A stretch of DNA of 64,000 nt, taken from NCBI RefSeq assembly GCF_046119375.1, contig NW_027362770.1:197346001-197410000 (forward strand), given 5' to 3'. The translations under genes and the position numbers were made by a program. The notes under the pieces are model-generated. The model was given only the letters and a program-made list of their open reading frames with translations, did no database searches and was not told the origin of the DNA. Below, in pieces: positions 13,277-25,966 of the stretch; position 1 is the first letter of the stretch; every line of letters begins with the position of its first letter. Origin of the DNA: Phyllobates terribilis. Taxonomy: Eukaryota.

Positions 13277-15563
13277 CTATGGGTAGCCTATACCTGAAGG
13301 TTGGAGTAGGGACTGGTTTAGACAGTGTTCAAAGTGGAAGATTAATATAATCGGTGTCAGGACTTTACAGACTTGTCTTTTTACGTAACTAGTAGAAATC
13401 TGACGAGATTCCTCCCGTCTGACTTTGGTTTTGTTGTCGTTGAGGTCTATGAAGCTGTGTAAGTCATCTTGGCTAGACCTCGAAACTTAGCAGATGACTT
13501 GGAGTCGTATTCCTATAGGGACCGATTGGTGCGTGTTGCGGTGCTGTCTGCTGTGGTTTTGACGTCACATTGATTCCCTCATGGTGTAGATCACTAAAGG
13601 GGGACGCTGTGTTGGCATAGCGAGAACAGTGCAAAATGCACGATATCCCCCTTATTAGTTTGATTTTATAAAGTGGAGGTTCCAGTGGTGAAATATCATG
13701 GCCACCAGGCTTGTGCAGGGCACTACAGTGGGTGCAGCGGGCAACCTGGGAACACCATGTTGATACACGTTTCGTTCTCAGAATCCATGTAGGACCCATT
13801 AGTCAAATCCTCACAGATTAGCTAATAGGGCTGGAAATTGGTGTGCGTATACCTGTCCCTCCTCCGGTGCTCCTGCAGAGCAGAAAAGGGTCACAAGAAC
13901 GGACCCCCGCAGATCTGACACGGGGCTGGGAGGGTAGACGTGCTGCTCTCCAGCTCTTTGTTTGCATATGCAGCCACAAGTTTACCTTCTGCATTGTGTA
14001 TCGGGGGCCGGTGACCGGTTCACTTATGGTGGTTGTGGTCAACTATGAACATATAGTGGGGTCCGTGCACTATAGGATGCCGAGAGATGGGCTGAGATGG
14101 TGAGATTGAAGACCAGCTCTGTAGTAAGCAGTACTCGGCGGTGTGCTGCGGACCCCTGACCTTGGCTTCTGCAATGTGTATACTGCCCCGTATGGTGTAT
14201 ATGGAGGTTTCTGGCTTCGGCCGCGGCTCATGTTGCCAGTGTACATAAACCACATAGTTTTCAGTGAGTGCCGGAGCCTGCTCAACAGGTTACCACGCCC
14301 GGCCTGCACCTTTCTGCCGTTCTTCCTAATAGAGTCTGGAGTTGCAGGTGTCTCTACCGCTCTCCGTCTTACATTTATTTACCCCCCCCGGAGAATCTTC
14401 AGTAAATCTCATCGGCAGGTGGAGTAAGCCGAAATCCTCCAGCCGGTCACCATGAACTCCAGGAACCGATCATTGCACTTTCCACTTCAGCACTGGACTT
14501 TGTAACTTCACTTTCAGAAAGTTTCCGACGTGTCCAAGTGACGTAAAAAGTTCTGACCCGAGGGGTCTGACGTTGAAGTAGAAGCGCCTCGCCGTGCTCT
14601 GTCTTCTGGAAAAGAGCAGCACTCGGGTGAGTGACTTCTCAGAAGTCTTATTTGATGGCGGCCCGTATTTATTTTGAGGGTCCGAAGCACCTACCTGAAC
14701 TGGGAGGTTTTTAGCGATTCGTAGGAAACCTCTGACAGGTTTAAAAGTTTTCAGAAAGTTTTGTATGTTCACAACAAACCTCTTAAGTTTCCTACTCGGA
14801 TCCTCGACAAATCTGCATCTCTGGACCGTTTTGCTTTGCAGATTTTTATTTTTGGAGTCTGGATTAGATTTATCTTTCTATCTGGAATGAAAACTGCGTG
14901 ATACATCTGCTCCGTGTGAATACACTCTTTCAGGGGCTTCTTATATGACCATTGCAGCTAACTACTGCCCATCAAGCGACATCAGCAGTGATCAGGGTGG
15001 CAAGGATCCCCCCTGCACACGGGGCGCAGGAACGGTAGCAGTCAGGATTATCGCAGGACCTGGACGATCGGACCCTCGGGGTGGAAGGGAACAACAATCT
15101 TTTGTAGGGCAGGGATGGTTTACATGTATTATTCTCTACATTTTCTTTCATGGTAATGACCATACTAAAGTTTATATTTACTGATGAGCGCATGAGGAGC
15201 ATTATTTTTTGTACAGGAGGCTGGATACCCCCTTGAAGACTCCTGCGCCTCCACCTCTCACGTGTGACCTTTGTGTCTGTGATCACGTGCGCCCGGAGAC
15301 TTTGGAGTCCCCTACAGACCGGCTGCGGGTGGATATGAAACCTCAGGTGCTCGGGTTAATCTACAACGAGGGTGATCGCTCGTCTCCACCATCTTCACTC
15401 CTGACCTTGACTCGGCTGCGCTCCCCCTCTCCAGGATTTTTCTGTTGCAGTTTTTCGAATGATCGTGAATTGGGTTTGGGGCTATGGGGAGGGTCCGGCC
15501 TGTAGACATGTGATACCGTGATGGTATTCATGTGACGTCCTATTAAATGGATTTTCCAAGACT

Positions 15564-15960
15564 TTGATGACCTATCCTAAGGATGTTACAGCAGGTGTCC
15601 AACGCCACCTCCACCAATCCAGTGGCTGCACTCTGTATTGCAGCACGACTCCTGTTGCGACATTGATGACCTATCCTAAGGATGTTACGGCTTGTGTCCA
15701 ACGCCACCTCCACCAATCCAGTGGCTGCACTCTGTATTGCAGCACGACTCCTGTTGCGACATTGATGACCTATCCTAAAGATGTTACGGCAGGTGTCCAA
15801 CGCCACCTCCACCAATCCAGTGGCTGCACTCTGTATTGCAGCACGACTCCTGTTGCGACATTGATGACCTATCCTAAGGATGTTACGGCAGGAGTCCAAC
15901 GCCACCTCCACCAATCCAGTGGCTGCACTTGGTATTGCAGCACACAACTCCTGTTGCAGT
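15564..15960. repeat. 99-bp tandem repeat x4
   Basis: TTGATGACCTATCCTAAGGATGTTAC... period 99; gives 33-aa repeating ORFs on both strands. Confidence 0.93.
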
Positions 15961-16415
15961 ACCAGAGAGCGGCCACCACAGTGTACGGCGCTATGCTGTA
16001 AGACTGCATTTACGGAGCTGATTAATTGACTCTAGTTTTCTCGATTTAGGGTCTGAACGAGCCCAGATGGCAATGTAAAGTGTAAGGAGGTTGTTTATCA
16101 ACCTCTCCCCACCCTTCTCTGTCACTATAGGACCCTCTGCAACCATTGCCTCACACTGAGCCCATTGATAGCTGCTCGCCCCTCCCCGCAGTCCTGTGTA
16201 AGCGGCCGCCGCTGATTGCCGGGTGCACGCTGCTGATTGCCGGGTGCACGCCGCCTGTTTTCTGCATTTATAGACGATAATTGCAGCCGCTCCACCGTCC
16301 CGTACACCGCACCATGGGCCGGGGGCTGTATTTATAGAACGTGTCTTCCTGTTTTCTAGTTCTAAATTTACTATTAATAAACTTTTTTTTTCTTCTTTTT
16401 TTTTTTCCAGATTGA

Positions 16416-16547
<132 letters not shown>

Positions 16548-16553
16548 TAATAA

Positions 16554-16838
<285 letters not shown>

Positions 16839-16905
16839 TAAGGATGGAAATTACATGAAGGAAGGCATCTCCTGTAACTTGGGGGGGTCTCCAGAAAGCA
16901 GATAG

Positions 16906-17217
<312 letters not shown>

Positions 17218-18460
17218 TGACACTCTCACAATGTGTGCGAGGCATCTGACCCTCAGCACGGCCGTAGATACAGATCCTAGGAGACATCAGTCTGCGTGGG
17301 AGCTGTGTACACAATACTGTGGGACCCTGATAAGTGAAGATGGGATTATTCGTAAGCGGCATTAGAAGTACTTTCTAGTGGACCTCGGTTCAATTACCCA
17401 TTGCTTCCTGCTCGGGTTGTGGTTTTGATCAGTGGGGGTGGGGGTGTGCCAGTTCTGAGACCCCCCCCCCCCCCCCCACCAGATATCGTCAAAGGGGCAG
17501 AAGCTGCAAACTGACTTGGCAGACGTGTTTTTATCAAACCTGTCTTCAGTCTCTGCGGCAGGGGTCTCGTGTTCTCATGGGGCCTTTACTGGACCTCATC
17601 TCCCCAAAATTTAGCAGACTCCGGTATAGTGGGGGGAGACATCTGTTCATCTTTGTGTGGTCTTCCAGAGATGAAGGTGGGTCGCTGCTCTGGGTAATAG
17701 GAGTCTCTCCGTGTGATGATGGGCCCCACACAATCCTGCCCCCTGTAAGATTCTCCGGCTGTTGCCCCCCACACGTCCATTCGATGGCCTGACCTCTCGG
17801 TTAATGTGTGACTGATAATTCAGCGTCCTCATTAATGATCAGAGGGAACTGCTGAACTTGTATGGGGGAGGATAGTCACTAGGTAATGATCTCTTACCTG
17901 TACTGACCCTGGGCCGGATACCGATATACAACCAAAAGGGTCCGGCCACCGTAGCTGGGGGGAGGGAAACTGCAATATCGCACCCCCTGGAGTGTAAGGG
18001 GGGCAGAGTTTACAGTTCTCCCTTATATAGTCCAGCCCTATGTAATGGGTTTGTATCTCAACATCGCTGCTTGCTGTTGAATTTCGCAATGCAGGAATTC
18101 TGGGGTCTCGGACGGGGGTGGTCTTCGCTCGAGCCTCTTATCCAGAGCAGAGACCCGCCATCTCCATGCAGTTTTGGAGCCTTGAACCCTTACGACCAGG
18201 TTTCCTGGCTGCTTTTAACTTTGGTCAGAGCTGAAATCCCCTTATGTTGGATTTGCTGTGGCCCCTCCTGAAGACTCCGGCTTCTCTGTGTTTGATATTG
18301 TCTCCTGATATGTAATGGGGGGGTCGGAGCTCCTCACATCGGAGGTCACTTCTGTGTTGATACACCTGCCCTCAGTTTCCGTATTGTGATTTCTGCTCCG
18401 GGGGGCGCGCTCTCATCACAACAAATTCTCTTCTCAGTGTTTTTGTGGCTCATTCTTTAA

Positions 18461-18833
18461 AGGGGGAATCCACCACTTGGCTGGGGCGCCTGTTGGGGGT
18501 CTCAAAGTAGACACACAGGTCATATGCAAAGAGGGGCGCAGGAGCTGGATGGATACTACTGAGGGTCTTCCTTTTTAAAGGGGTCTTCCAGGCATAAAAA
18601 AAACCCCCTACCTATAGACCCTTTCACTCTCCCGCTGGCCCCATAATTGCTGACTGGGAGGGGGCTGGCTGCTGACTTCACTGGCTGAGCTAGCCTCCTT
18701 CTCTACACATCTGCCGTGACTGAGGAAGAGTAAGATGGCTTAGCTATTGAAGTAAGCTGGCAGCCAGACCCCCCCGATACCTCCTGACAAGCAGCCAGAA
18801 CTGGGCCAGGAACGGTTCGGGTGGATTCCCCCT
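18461..18833. mobile_element. T2-type (TTAA-target) MITE or MITE composite in KRAS intron
   Basis: TTAA|AGGGGGAATCCACC at left and its perfect inverse GGTGGATTCCCCCT at 18820-18833, followed by TTTA. A further TTAAAGGGG end lies internally near 18575. Confidence 0.6.
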
Positions 18834-19780
18834 TTTAGCACGATCATAAGTGAACTGTTTCTTCGTCATTGTGTCATCTGGGAATAATCGGGGGGAGACC
18901 CCAGTGATCCTCGCTGCTGATTGCTTGACTGTGTCTAATCATAATGTCTCACCGGTGGCCAACTACCTGGGGGGCTTTTCAGCGGCAGAGCCTCCAGCCT
19001 GGGGGCTGACCTAACGGTGCATTCTTGCATCCTGATGATTTGCTTTTGGCCGGACCCCGCCCCGATAATCCGCTGGGGTGATCTGATCGCAGCTCTTGGT
19101 GTTTTGGTCTCTTCTTCTGCTCTTCTCTCTGCATTGATAAAACACTCTGCTTCTCAAAATGTCATCGAATCACTGGACCCCTCCCGACACGAGCGCCCGC
19201 GGCCGTCCGCATGGGTGACCGGAGCTTCATCATCGCACAAGGGAAAACTTCTGGAACTTTTTGCTCATCTGCGTGATCTCTGCAGCAAAGCAGCGGGGGT
19301 GCGATGCCCTAATATATCATGCCGTAAAGCAGTGGGTCAATACAGTGCTGTAAATCTACCACCGGAGTTAAAGCTCCTGCAATACAGCCGGTGGTCCGCT
19401 CCCTGGTTGTCGGATCAAAGCTGTTTTTACCACCTCTCTCCCCCACTCTTCGGTTGCACAGAAGCCTGTGAGAAAGTTGCAGAAGTTTCTGTTTCTGCTG
19501 CGATGAAGCGTTTTCACGGGAGACTGCAGCGGCCGCCCTTCTGGATCAGCGCCTGTTACGCATAGATTTAGTCCATAGAGGGCGCTGACGATCACACAAG
19601 GCCTAAGCTTCCCCCCACCCGACCTCAGGGTTGTATTTAGGCCACCAATAGTCAGTCCGTCCCCAGAAGAGTGGTCCTGTATGTGCCAGGGAAGCAGGGT
19701 GCCGCCCCGTACGGCCGCCCCCGCGGGGGTGGGACCGGTGCCCCCCATGTGAGTGATAAGAGTTGTGTTTTACAATGCAG

Positions 19781-19900
19781 AGAGTGGAAGATGCTTTTTA
19801 TACTTTGGTGAGAGAAATCCGACAATACAGATTGAAAAAGATGAGCAAAGAAGAAAAGACGCCCGGCTGCGTGAAAATAAAAAAATGCCTTGTAATGTGA
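19781..19900 (+). CDS. KRAS: KRAS alternative exon 4A (K-Ras4A C-terminus)
   Basis: [39 protein letters not shown]. Acceptor TTTTACAATGCAG; the stop is followed by GCCG|GTAAGT (exon ends 19904). Not in the ORF track because it lacks its own start codon. Confidence 0.97.
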   Translation, partial: RVEDAFYTLVREIRQYRLKKMSKEEKTPGCVKIKKCLVM

Positions 19901-20347
19901 GCCGGTAAGTGTCTGTATCTGGGGGGCGCGGGGAGGTCATTGGGGGGTCTGCGGCGGCCGCTGGTGCTGCGCTGTAATGTCAGGATCACATCTAGATAAC
20001 AGGGGCTGCCTTCGGCGTAACGTGGCGCCACCCTTATCTTCAGGGTATATGCGAGCAACAGCACAGAGCTGCAATACTAGACATAACCACAGGACAGGGG
20101 GTGGCGCTGTTCCGGGAAGACGGCAGCCATGTTTCTTCCAATCATGGACCATTACCTGTACTTTTCTGCTACCCGGTGCGGGGCTAGGACAGTGGGCTTT
20201 GCAGAGCACCCCCTGTTATGTGCTGATCATGCACCCGCTGTGGCGCTATCCCTTTCTATCTCCATATCCCAGTTTGGGGGGGGGGGGGGGGTCTCTCTGG
20301 TTTTCGCTAACAAATTTTTTTTCTTTCTGCTTTTTTTTTTTTTTCAG

Positions 20348-20464
20348 GGGGTGGACGACGCTTTCTACACGTTAGTACGAGAAATCCGAAAGCACAAAGA
20401 GAAGATGAGCAAAGAGGGGAAAAAGAAGAAGAAAAAGTCCAAGTCCAAGTGTCTCATCCTGTGA
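20348..20464 (+). CDS. KRAS: KRAS exon 4B (K-Ras4B polybasic C-terminus)
   Basis: [38 protein letters not shown]; long T-tract and CAG acceptor ending 20347. Confidence 0.99.
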   Translation, partial: GVDDAFYTLVREIRKHKEKMSKEGKKKKKKSKSKCLIL

Positions 20465-22500
20465 TCGGGGACCTCCGTGTCCCCTCCAGACCACCTTGTA
20501 CATTATACACTAAATTATTAGCATCTGGTCCCCCCCCCCCCCCCCCCCCGCTTCTGCCCCCCCTGTGCCCGTCGTCCATCATCACGGTGCCCTCCGCCAC
20601 CGGCAGATGTCTGTGCATGCACCAGGTGGCGCTCCGCTCGCCCCTCCAGCTTCACTCCCCAGGGATAGACTTGAACCAAGACTTTACATCACGTGACGCC
20701 GTCTCCACCCGGAGGAGCTTCTGCTCATTGCACGAGACTTCTGGGACTTGTAGTGCTCCATCAGTTTTCCTGCACGCCGCCACTACAGCTGCATTGGTGA
20801 TTTTTTATGACTTTACTAAATGTGTCCCCACCCTCCTCCCCCCCCCCCCCCTTACCCACAATGTGACCACCACGGTGCTAACGGCGATGATTGGAGTTAT
20901 GTAGGATGGCGACGCTTCACTTGCCCCAGAAATCGCAGCTTTGGGGTATCCAGTACTGACCCTAATAATAATATACCGCAGAGCTGCACTCACTATTCTG
21001 CTGCTGTCACTGACTACATACATTATCCTGCACACAGTGACTCCACCGGCTGAACAGTGAGAGCAGCTCTGAAGTATAATAGTAATGTACACAGTTGCCT
21101 GCACCAGCAGAATAGTGAAGGAGTATAATACAGGATTAAAATTGCCTGCAACAGCAGAATAGTGAGTGCAGCTCTGAAGGATAATAGTTATATACATACA
21201 CAGCGATGCAGAAGAGCGCTGCCCTCTGGATCGGTCGCTGGGTCTCCTGAGAGTTTTTGGGAGTGGGGGGGATCTGTCAATCAAGTCTTCCATGGTCTGT
21301 GCTGTCGATGTCGCGCCTCTTCCCTCCCCTCCGGGCCGCTACATGGACTTTGTGCCACTTTATTACTGTTGGATCTGAGTGTAGCCGGATATAGGACAAC
21401 TCTCCCCACCATCCGCTATGCAGGAGGCTGGGAGTAAGGAAGGAGATGCGCCCCGTTGTTAGTATCACATTGGTGCCATTATAAGCGGTTGGCCGCGCGT
21501 CCTGCGCTCCGCCGTGGGGGCCGACTTGCTGTGGGGGTGAACGGGATCGTCTGCCCAGTATACACTGTCACAGCCAGGGTGCAAAAACTACAACGCCCAG
21601 CATGTCCTGACTACCGCAGGCTCCTGATCTGTAGCCGGGAGTCTGCATCTACCTCTGAGCGCTTCCTCTTAAAGGGACAGTCCAGCCGATGCTCACCAGC
21701 TCTACCTAATCTCCATGATGGGCGGCTGACCAACGCTGTGCCAGCAGATCCTCCGGGCCAATGGAGTCTGAACTCCTCCCACCTCTATACTTTACACTGC
21801 GGAAAGTCTGTACCCCTCCATCCTTTACACCGCAGCACTTCTCACCAGGACGTAGAGAGCCGCTCACATTACAGCAGGCGCAGAATGATCATGAACTGAA
21901 AGCAATGGGCGTGATCAGACCTCGCAGGACGATCACAGATCACAGAGTGGGCGGGGTCTCGATAGGGTGGGCGGGGACTTGACTTAAAGGCACAGTAAAC
22001 TTTTAATGTTTTTTTTCACATGTTAATCCAGTAACTTACTGAGCAGCGATACGGGGGGATACTAAGCTACCAGTGGCCGATGTGTTCATTTGTCACCCTG
22101 TATTACGGTAAATTCTGAGGGTGAGGACGGAGCTGCCGATGGCGGGTGAGACGTTGTAGGGCGAGAGTAATAACACGATGTCTCCCCTCCCCAGCTCTGC
22201 ATTTCGCCGTGTCTCGCTCACCTCCCCCCTGGAGACCCCCGGACTCCGTTTTCTTGGAATGTATTGAACTATTTTTGTATAGAACGTGCACATTTTGTAC
22301 ATTTTGTGCTTTTTATTATCTGTGTGTGTTTTTTCATAACGTTGTGGCGGCCGCACGACGGGACTACGGCCTGACAATGACCACTGTTTGTAGGGTTTTT
22401 ATAGGAGTTTGTTCCCGTGGACGTCGTCGTTTTATTTTGTCATTAACTGTAACGCTCCTATTTATTGTAATGTAATAAACGACTTCTGGTGACGGCGGTG
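20465..22500 (+). other. KRAS: KRAS 3' UTR (end approximate)
   Basis: Follows the 4B stop; contains blocks resembling the mammalian KRAS UTR (20496-20524, 22254-22312, 22376-22479; recalled, not aligned). Confidence 0.75.
22474..22479 (+). terminator. KRAS: KRAS polyadenylation signal AATAAA
   Basis: TATTGTAATGTAATAAA context at the end of the AT-rich UTR block, followed by GT-containing sequence. Confidence 0.8.
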
Positions 22501-22567
22501 ACGATGCTCTGCGGAAAAGGCCGGACGGGGGGCAGATCACAATGGGGTCACGGGTACACCGGGCTCC

Positions 22568-22855
22568 TCCACCGGTACATTGTAACAAGCTGCGCATAGG
22601 GGAGATGTCCACTGCTGATACATTGTAACAAGCTGCGCATAGGGGAGATGTCCACCGCTGATACATTGTAACAAGCTGCACATAGGGGAGATGTCCACCG
22701 CCGATATAGTGTAACAAGCTGCGCACTGGAGAGATGTCCACCGCCGATACATTGTAGCAAGCTGCGCACAGGAGAGGTGTCCACCGCTGACACATTGTAA
22801 CAAGCTGCACACAGAAGAGATGTCCACCGCTGATACATTGTAACAAGCTGCACAC
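22568..22855. repeat. 43-bp satellite, block 1
   Basis: Unit GATACATTGTAACAAGCTGCGCACAGGAGAGATGTCCACCGCT; cut mid-unit at 22855. Confidence 0.95.
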
Positions 22856-23021
22856 TGTAATATCCCTGGCGGCGTGCTTGCATAGTGCACCACCTCCCAC
22901 TATGCAAGACCGCAATCTTACCTGTCAGTCCAGCCTGCAAACCTTGCTCCAGTTCATGCTGTGTGCATGTCTCTTGTCTGCTTGCTTAGGGCGGCGGCCC
23001 GGTTACTTCCTGATTCTTATA

Positions 23022-23544
23022 ATCTTACAGCAAGGAAAGTGAAAAACCTGCACCACCTGCAAGCAGCTGCAATAGTCAGTGCAAAGCTGAACATGTACAT
23101 TGCAGACACCTAAATAGGACTTAGTAACATTTCAGGTGCAAAAGCTCATAAAAAAAGTTTAAACAGTCCAAAATAACCATAAGAAAGAAAAATGAGCTGC
23201 ACTCACCAGTCCTTAAAAGCAGTATCTTTATTCCATGAGGATAAAAAGTCCGTCAAACAGGGAGAGCGGGGAAAAAACAGTCCAAAATAACCATAAGAAA
23301 GAAAAATGAGCTGCACTCACCAGTCCTTAAAAGCAGTATCTTTATTCCATGAGGATAAAAAGTCCGTCAAGCAGGGAGAGCGGGGAAGAAAAGAGCAGAC
23401 AACGCTAAGAAGCGTCTTCACGCGAAGCAGCTGTTGTCTGCTCTTTTCTTCCCCGCTGTCCCTGCTTGCCGGACTTTTTATCCTCATGGAATAAAGATAC
23501 TGCTTTTAAGGACTGGTGAGTGCAGCTCATTTTTCTTATGGTTA
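23022..23544. mobile_element. Penelope-like retroelement fragment with inverted and tandem terminal-repeat pieces
   Basis: 15-bp TSD TTCCTGATTCTTATA (23007-23021, 23545-23559); 114-bp tandem duplication; ~115-bp inverted repeat; AATAAA and GGTGAGTG motifs; hammerhead-like remnant in the loop. Family call is inference. Confidence 0.65.
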
Positions 23545-24224
23545 TTCCTGATTCTTATAGCTGCTGTGGGCGCACTCCTAATGCGTCCCCAGCCTATTGC
23601 TGTGAGTCACTGGATATTTAAACCCCCTCCCCAGAAGGAGGTGCCTGAGCAACACCTTCACTCAGTTTGTCTTTGCAACTGAATTGCCAGGTCCTGTTCT
23701 GTATATTGTCTGTTTCTGCCACCCTGGGGGCTGCATACCCAGGCCTGTTATCTCTGTCTTCTAGTCTGTTTATGCCACCCTGGGGGCTGCATACCCAGGC
23801 CTGTTATCTCTGACTTCTAGTCTGTTTCTGACACTCTGGGGGCTGTATACCCAGGCCTGTTATCTCTGACTTCTAGTCTGTTTCCGCCACTCTGGGGGCT
23901 GTATACCCAGGCTCGTTCTTGTATCTCGTTGCAGAAGCAGTTCCTGTCTGAACTGTATCCTAGCCTGTTACCTGTTTGTTTCTATGTCCATACCTTCCCT
24001 TTTCCTGCAGTATCTGAACCTGCACCTAACTCCAACTCGTAGTCTCTGTACTTCTGTTTGTGAGTTTTGTGACCACTCGCTACTTCATAGTGTATTTGGT
24101 TCTGCTTGTCCCTTTTCCCTTCCTCCGTATCTACCTCCTGTGTTCTAGCCATCTTCCATGTCAACAGAGTCCTGTCCTCTCTGCCTGCACCTTCAGCCCT
24201 GTTCGGCTCTGCTTGCTCACCGCG

Positions 24225-25028
24225 CAAGCGGTTTCCCTCTGCTCTGACTTGCCCACCGCTCCAGCGGCTTCTCTCTGCTCTGCCTTGCCCTCCGCTCCGG
24301 CGGTTCCGCTCTGCTCTGCCTTGTCCACCGCACCTGCAGTTTCGCTCTGCTCTGCCTTGCTCACCGCACCAGTGGTTTCTCTGCTCTGCCTTGCCCACCG
24401 CTCCGGTGGCTTCTCTCTGCTCTGCCTTGCCCTCCGCTCCGGCGGTTCCGCTCTGCTCTGCCTTGTCCACCGCACCTGCGGTTTCGCTCTGCTCTGCCTT
24501 GCTCACCGCACCAGTGGTTTCTCTCTGCTCTGACTTGCCCACCGCTCCGGCGGCTTCTCTCTGCTCTGACTTGCCCTCCGCTCCGGCGGTTCCGCTCTGC
24601 TCTGCCTTGTCCACCGCACCTGCGGTTCCTCTCTGCTCTGCCTTGTCCTCCGCTCCGGTGGTTTCGCTTTACTCTGCTTGTCTACTGCATCTGCGGCTCT
24701 GTTCCTGTCTCCCAGTCTGTACTGGACCCTATCCAGTCTGCTCTCCAACCTGCTAGTACCTCCCTGTCTGCACTCCAGCCGTGCTTGCCAGTATCTCCCT
24801 GTCTGCACTCCAGCCGAGCTTGACAGTACCCACCTGTCTGCATACCAGCCGTGCTTGCCAGTGCCCACCTGTCTGCATACCAGCCGTGCTTGCCAGTGCC
24901 CTCCTGTCTGCATACCAGCCGTGCTTGCCAGTGCCCTCCTGTCTGCATACCAGCCGTGCTTGCCAGTGCCCACCTGTCTGCATACCAGCCGTGCTTGCCA
25001 GTACCCACCTGTCTGCATACCAGCTGTG
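24225..25028. repeat. Two 33-bp tandem arrays inside the solo LTR
   Basis: CTCTGCTCTGCCTTGTCCACCGCACCTGCGGTT-type units (~24225-24670) and CTGTCTGCATACCAGCCGTGCTTGCCAGTGCCC-type units (~24770-25028); source of the 11-aa periodic ORFs. Confidence 0.9.
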
Positions 25029-25657
25029 TGTCATGGGTGTGTCTCCACGAAGATCGTCGCGACTACACAGCCTGACTTCTCGCAGCTAAGTTTTTGGTGC
25101 TTTGTGTTTTTTGGTTGTGAGGGAGTTAATTCTCTCTCTCTGTGCTTGACGAGGCTCAGCCTCCCCCAGCTGCAGTTAATGCTGCAGTATTGGGATTCCT
25201 TCAAATACCTGCTGGTCTGTTAGGGAAGTTGTCGGTGAAAGCATTTCTTGCAGACCTTCAGAGTGGATCGTTGTTTGGTGGAGTTCGGAGCGAGGAGTAT
25301 GCGGTGTGGTTTGTTCCCTTCCTCCCTTTATCATTTATCTCCTAACCTGTTGTTGTTCCCTCTGTAATTGTGGTGTTAGTTTTTGTATGCAAGGGGGTTT
25401 TTGGTTTTCCCCTTGTACTGTCTCGTTTGTCTAGTACTGTGTTTTGGGCATTTTCTATCCTGTTTCCCATTGTTGTGATCGGGGTCCTTCTCAGGACTAG
25501 ATTACTTAGGTTCAGGGATATTCAGGAGTTTAGGGTTACGCTGGCGGCCTGGACCTCTGTACCATTAACAGTACCTCCAGGTTGAGGGATTAGTCAGGGC
25601 CCCCGTCTAGGGTCAGCTCAGGCCCCTGACCCCCCTGTACGCTGAGACAGCGTGACA
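25029..25657. mobile_element. Second solo LTR (629 bp) nested in the first
   Basis: TGTCA...TGACA termini; TSD CTGTG (25024-25028) / TTGTG (25658-25662); the host 33-bp repeat resumes in register. Confidence 0.8.
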
Positions 25658-25966
25658 TTGTGCTTACCAGTATCCACCTGTCTGCATGCCAGCCGTGCCT
25701 GCCAATACTCACCTGTCTGCCAGTCTAACCTGCCTGTTCCTGCATTCCCCGGTGTCGGTCAACAGCTGTGACTGGGGTCTGACCTGGAGTAGCACCTGGT
25801 CCCTCTGCTCGGTTCCTCCTTGGTTCACGGAGTCGACTGAGCCGCCGTGCGATCTTGGTCGGATCGGGTTGATACTTAGTTACGCCCCTCCAGGCACTCC
25901 TCGGTTCATGGTACAGTGGGATCACTAATCACGCTCACGCCAGTCAGTCCGGGCGCGAGCGTAACA

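Larger units (their letters stand above)
22856..25966 (+). mobile_element. Solo LTR (gypsy/chromovirus type) inflated by internal 33-bp repeats and two nested insertions
   Basis: Ends TGTAAT...CGTAACA. Perfect 5-bp TSD CACAC (22851-22855 and 25967-25971) restores the satellite unit. TATA-like TATTTAAA at 23615. No coding capacity. Confidence 0.85.

Noticed and set aside
19017-19565. 182-aa intronic ORF
   Set aside because: Non-ATG start, no recognisable domain or splice signals, GC-rich background.
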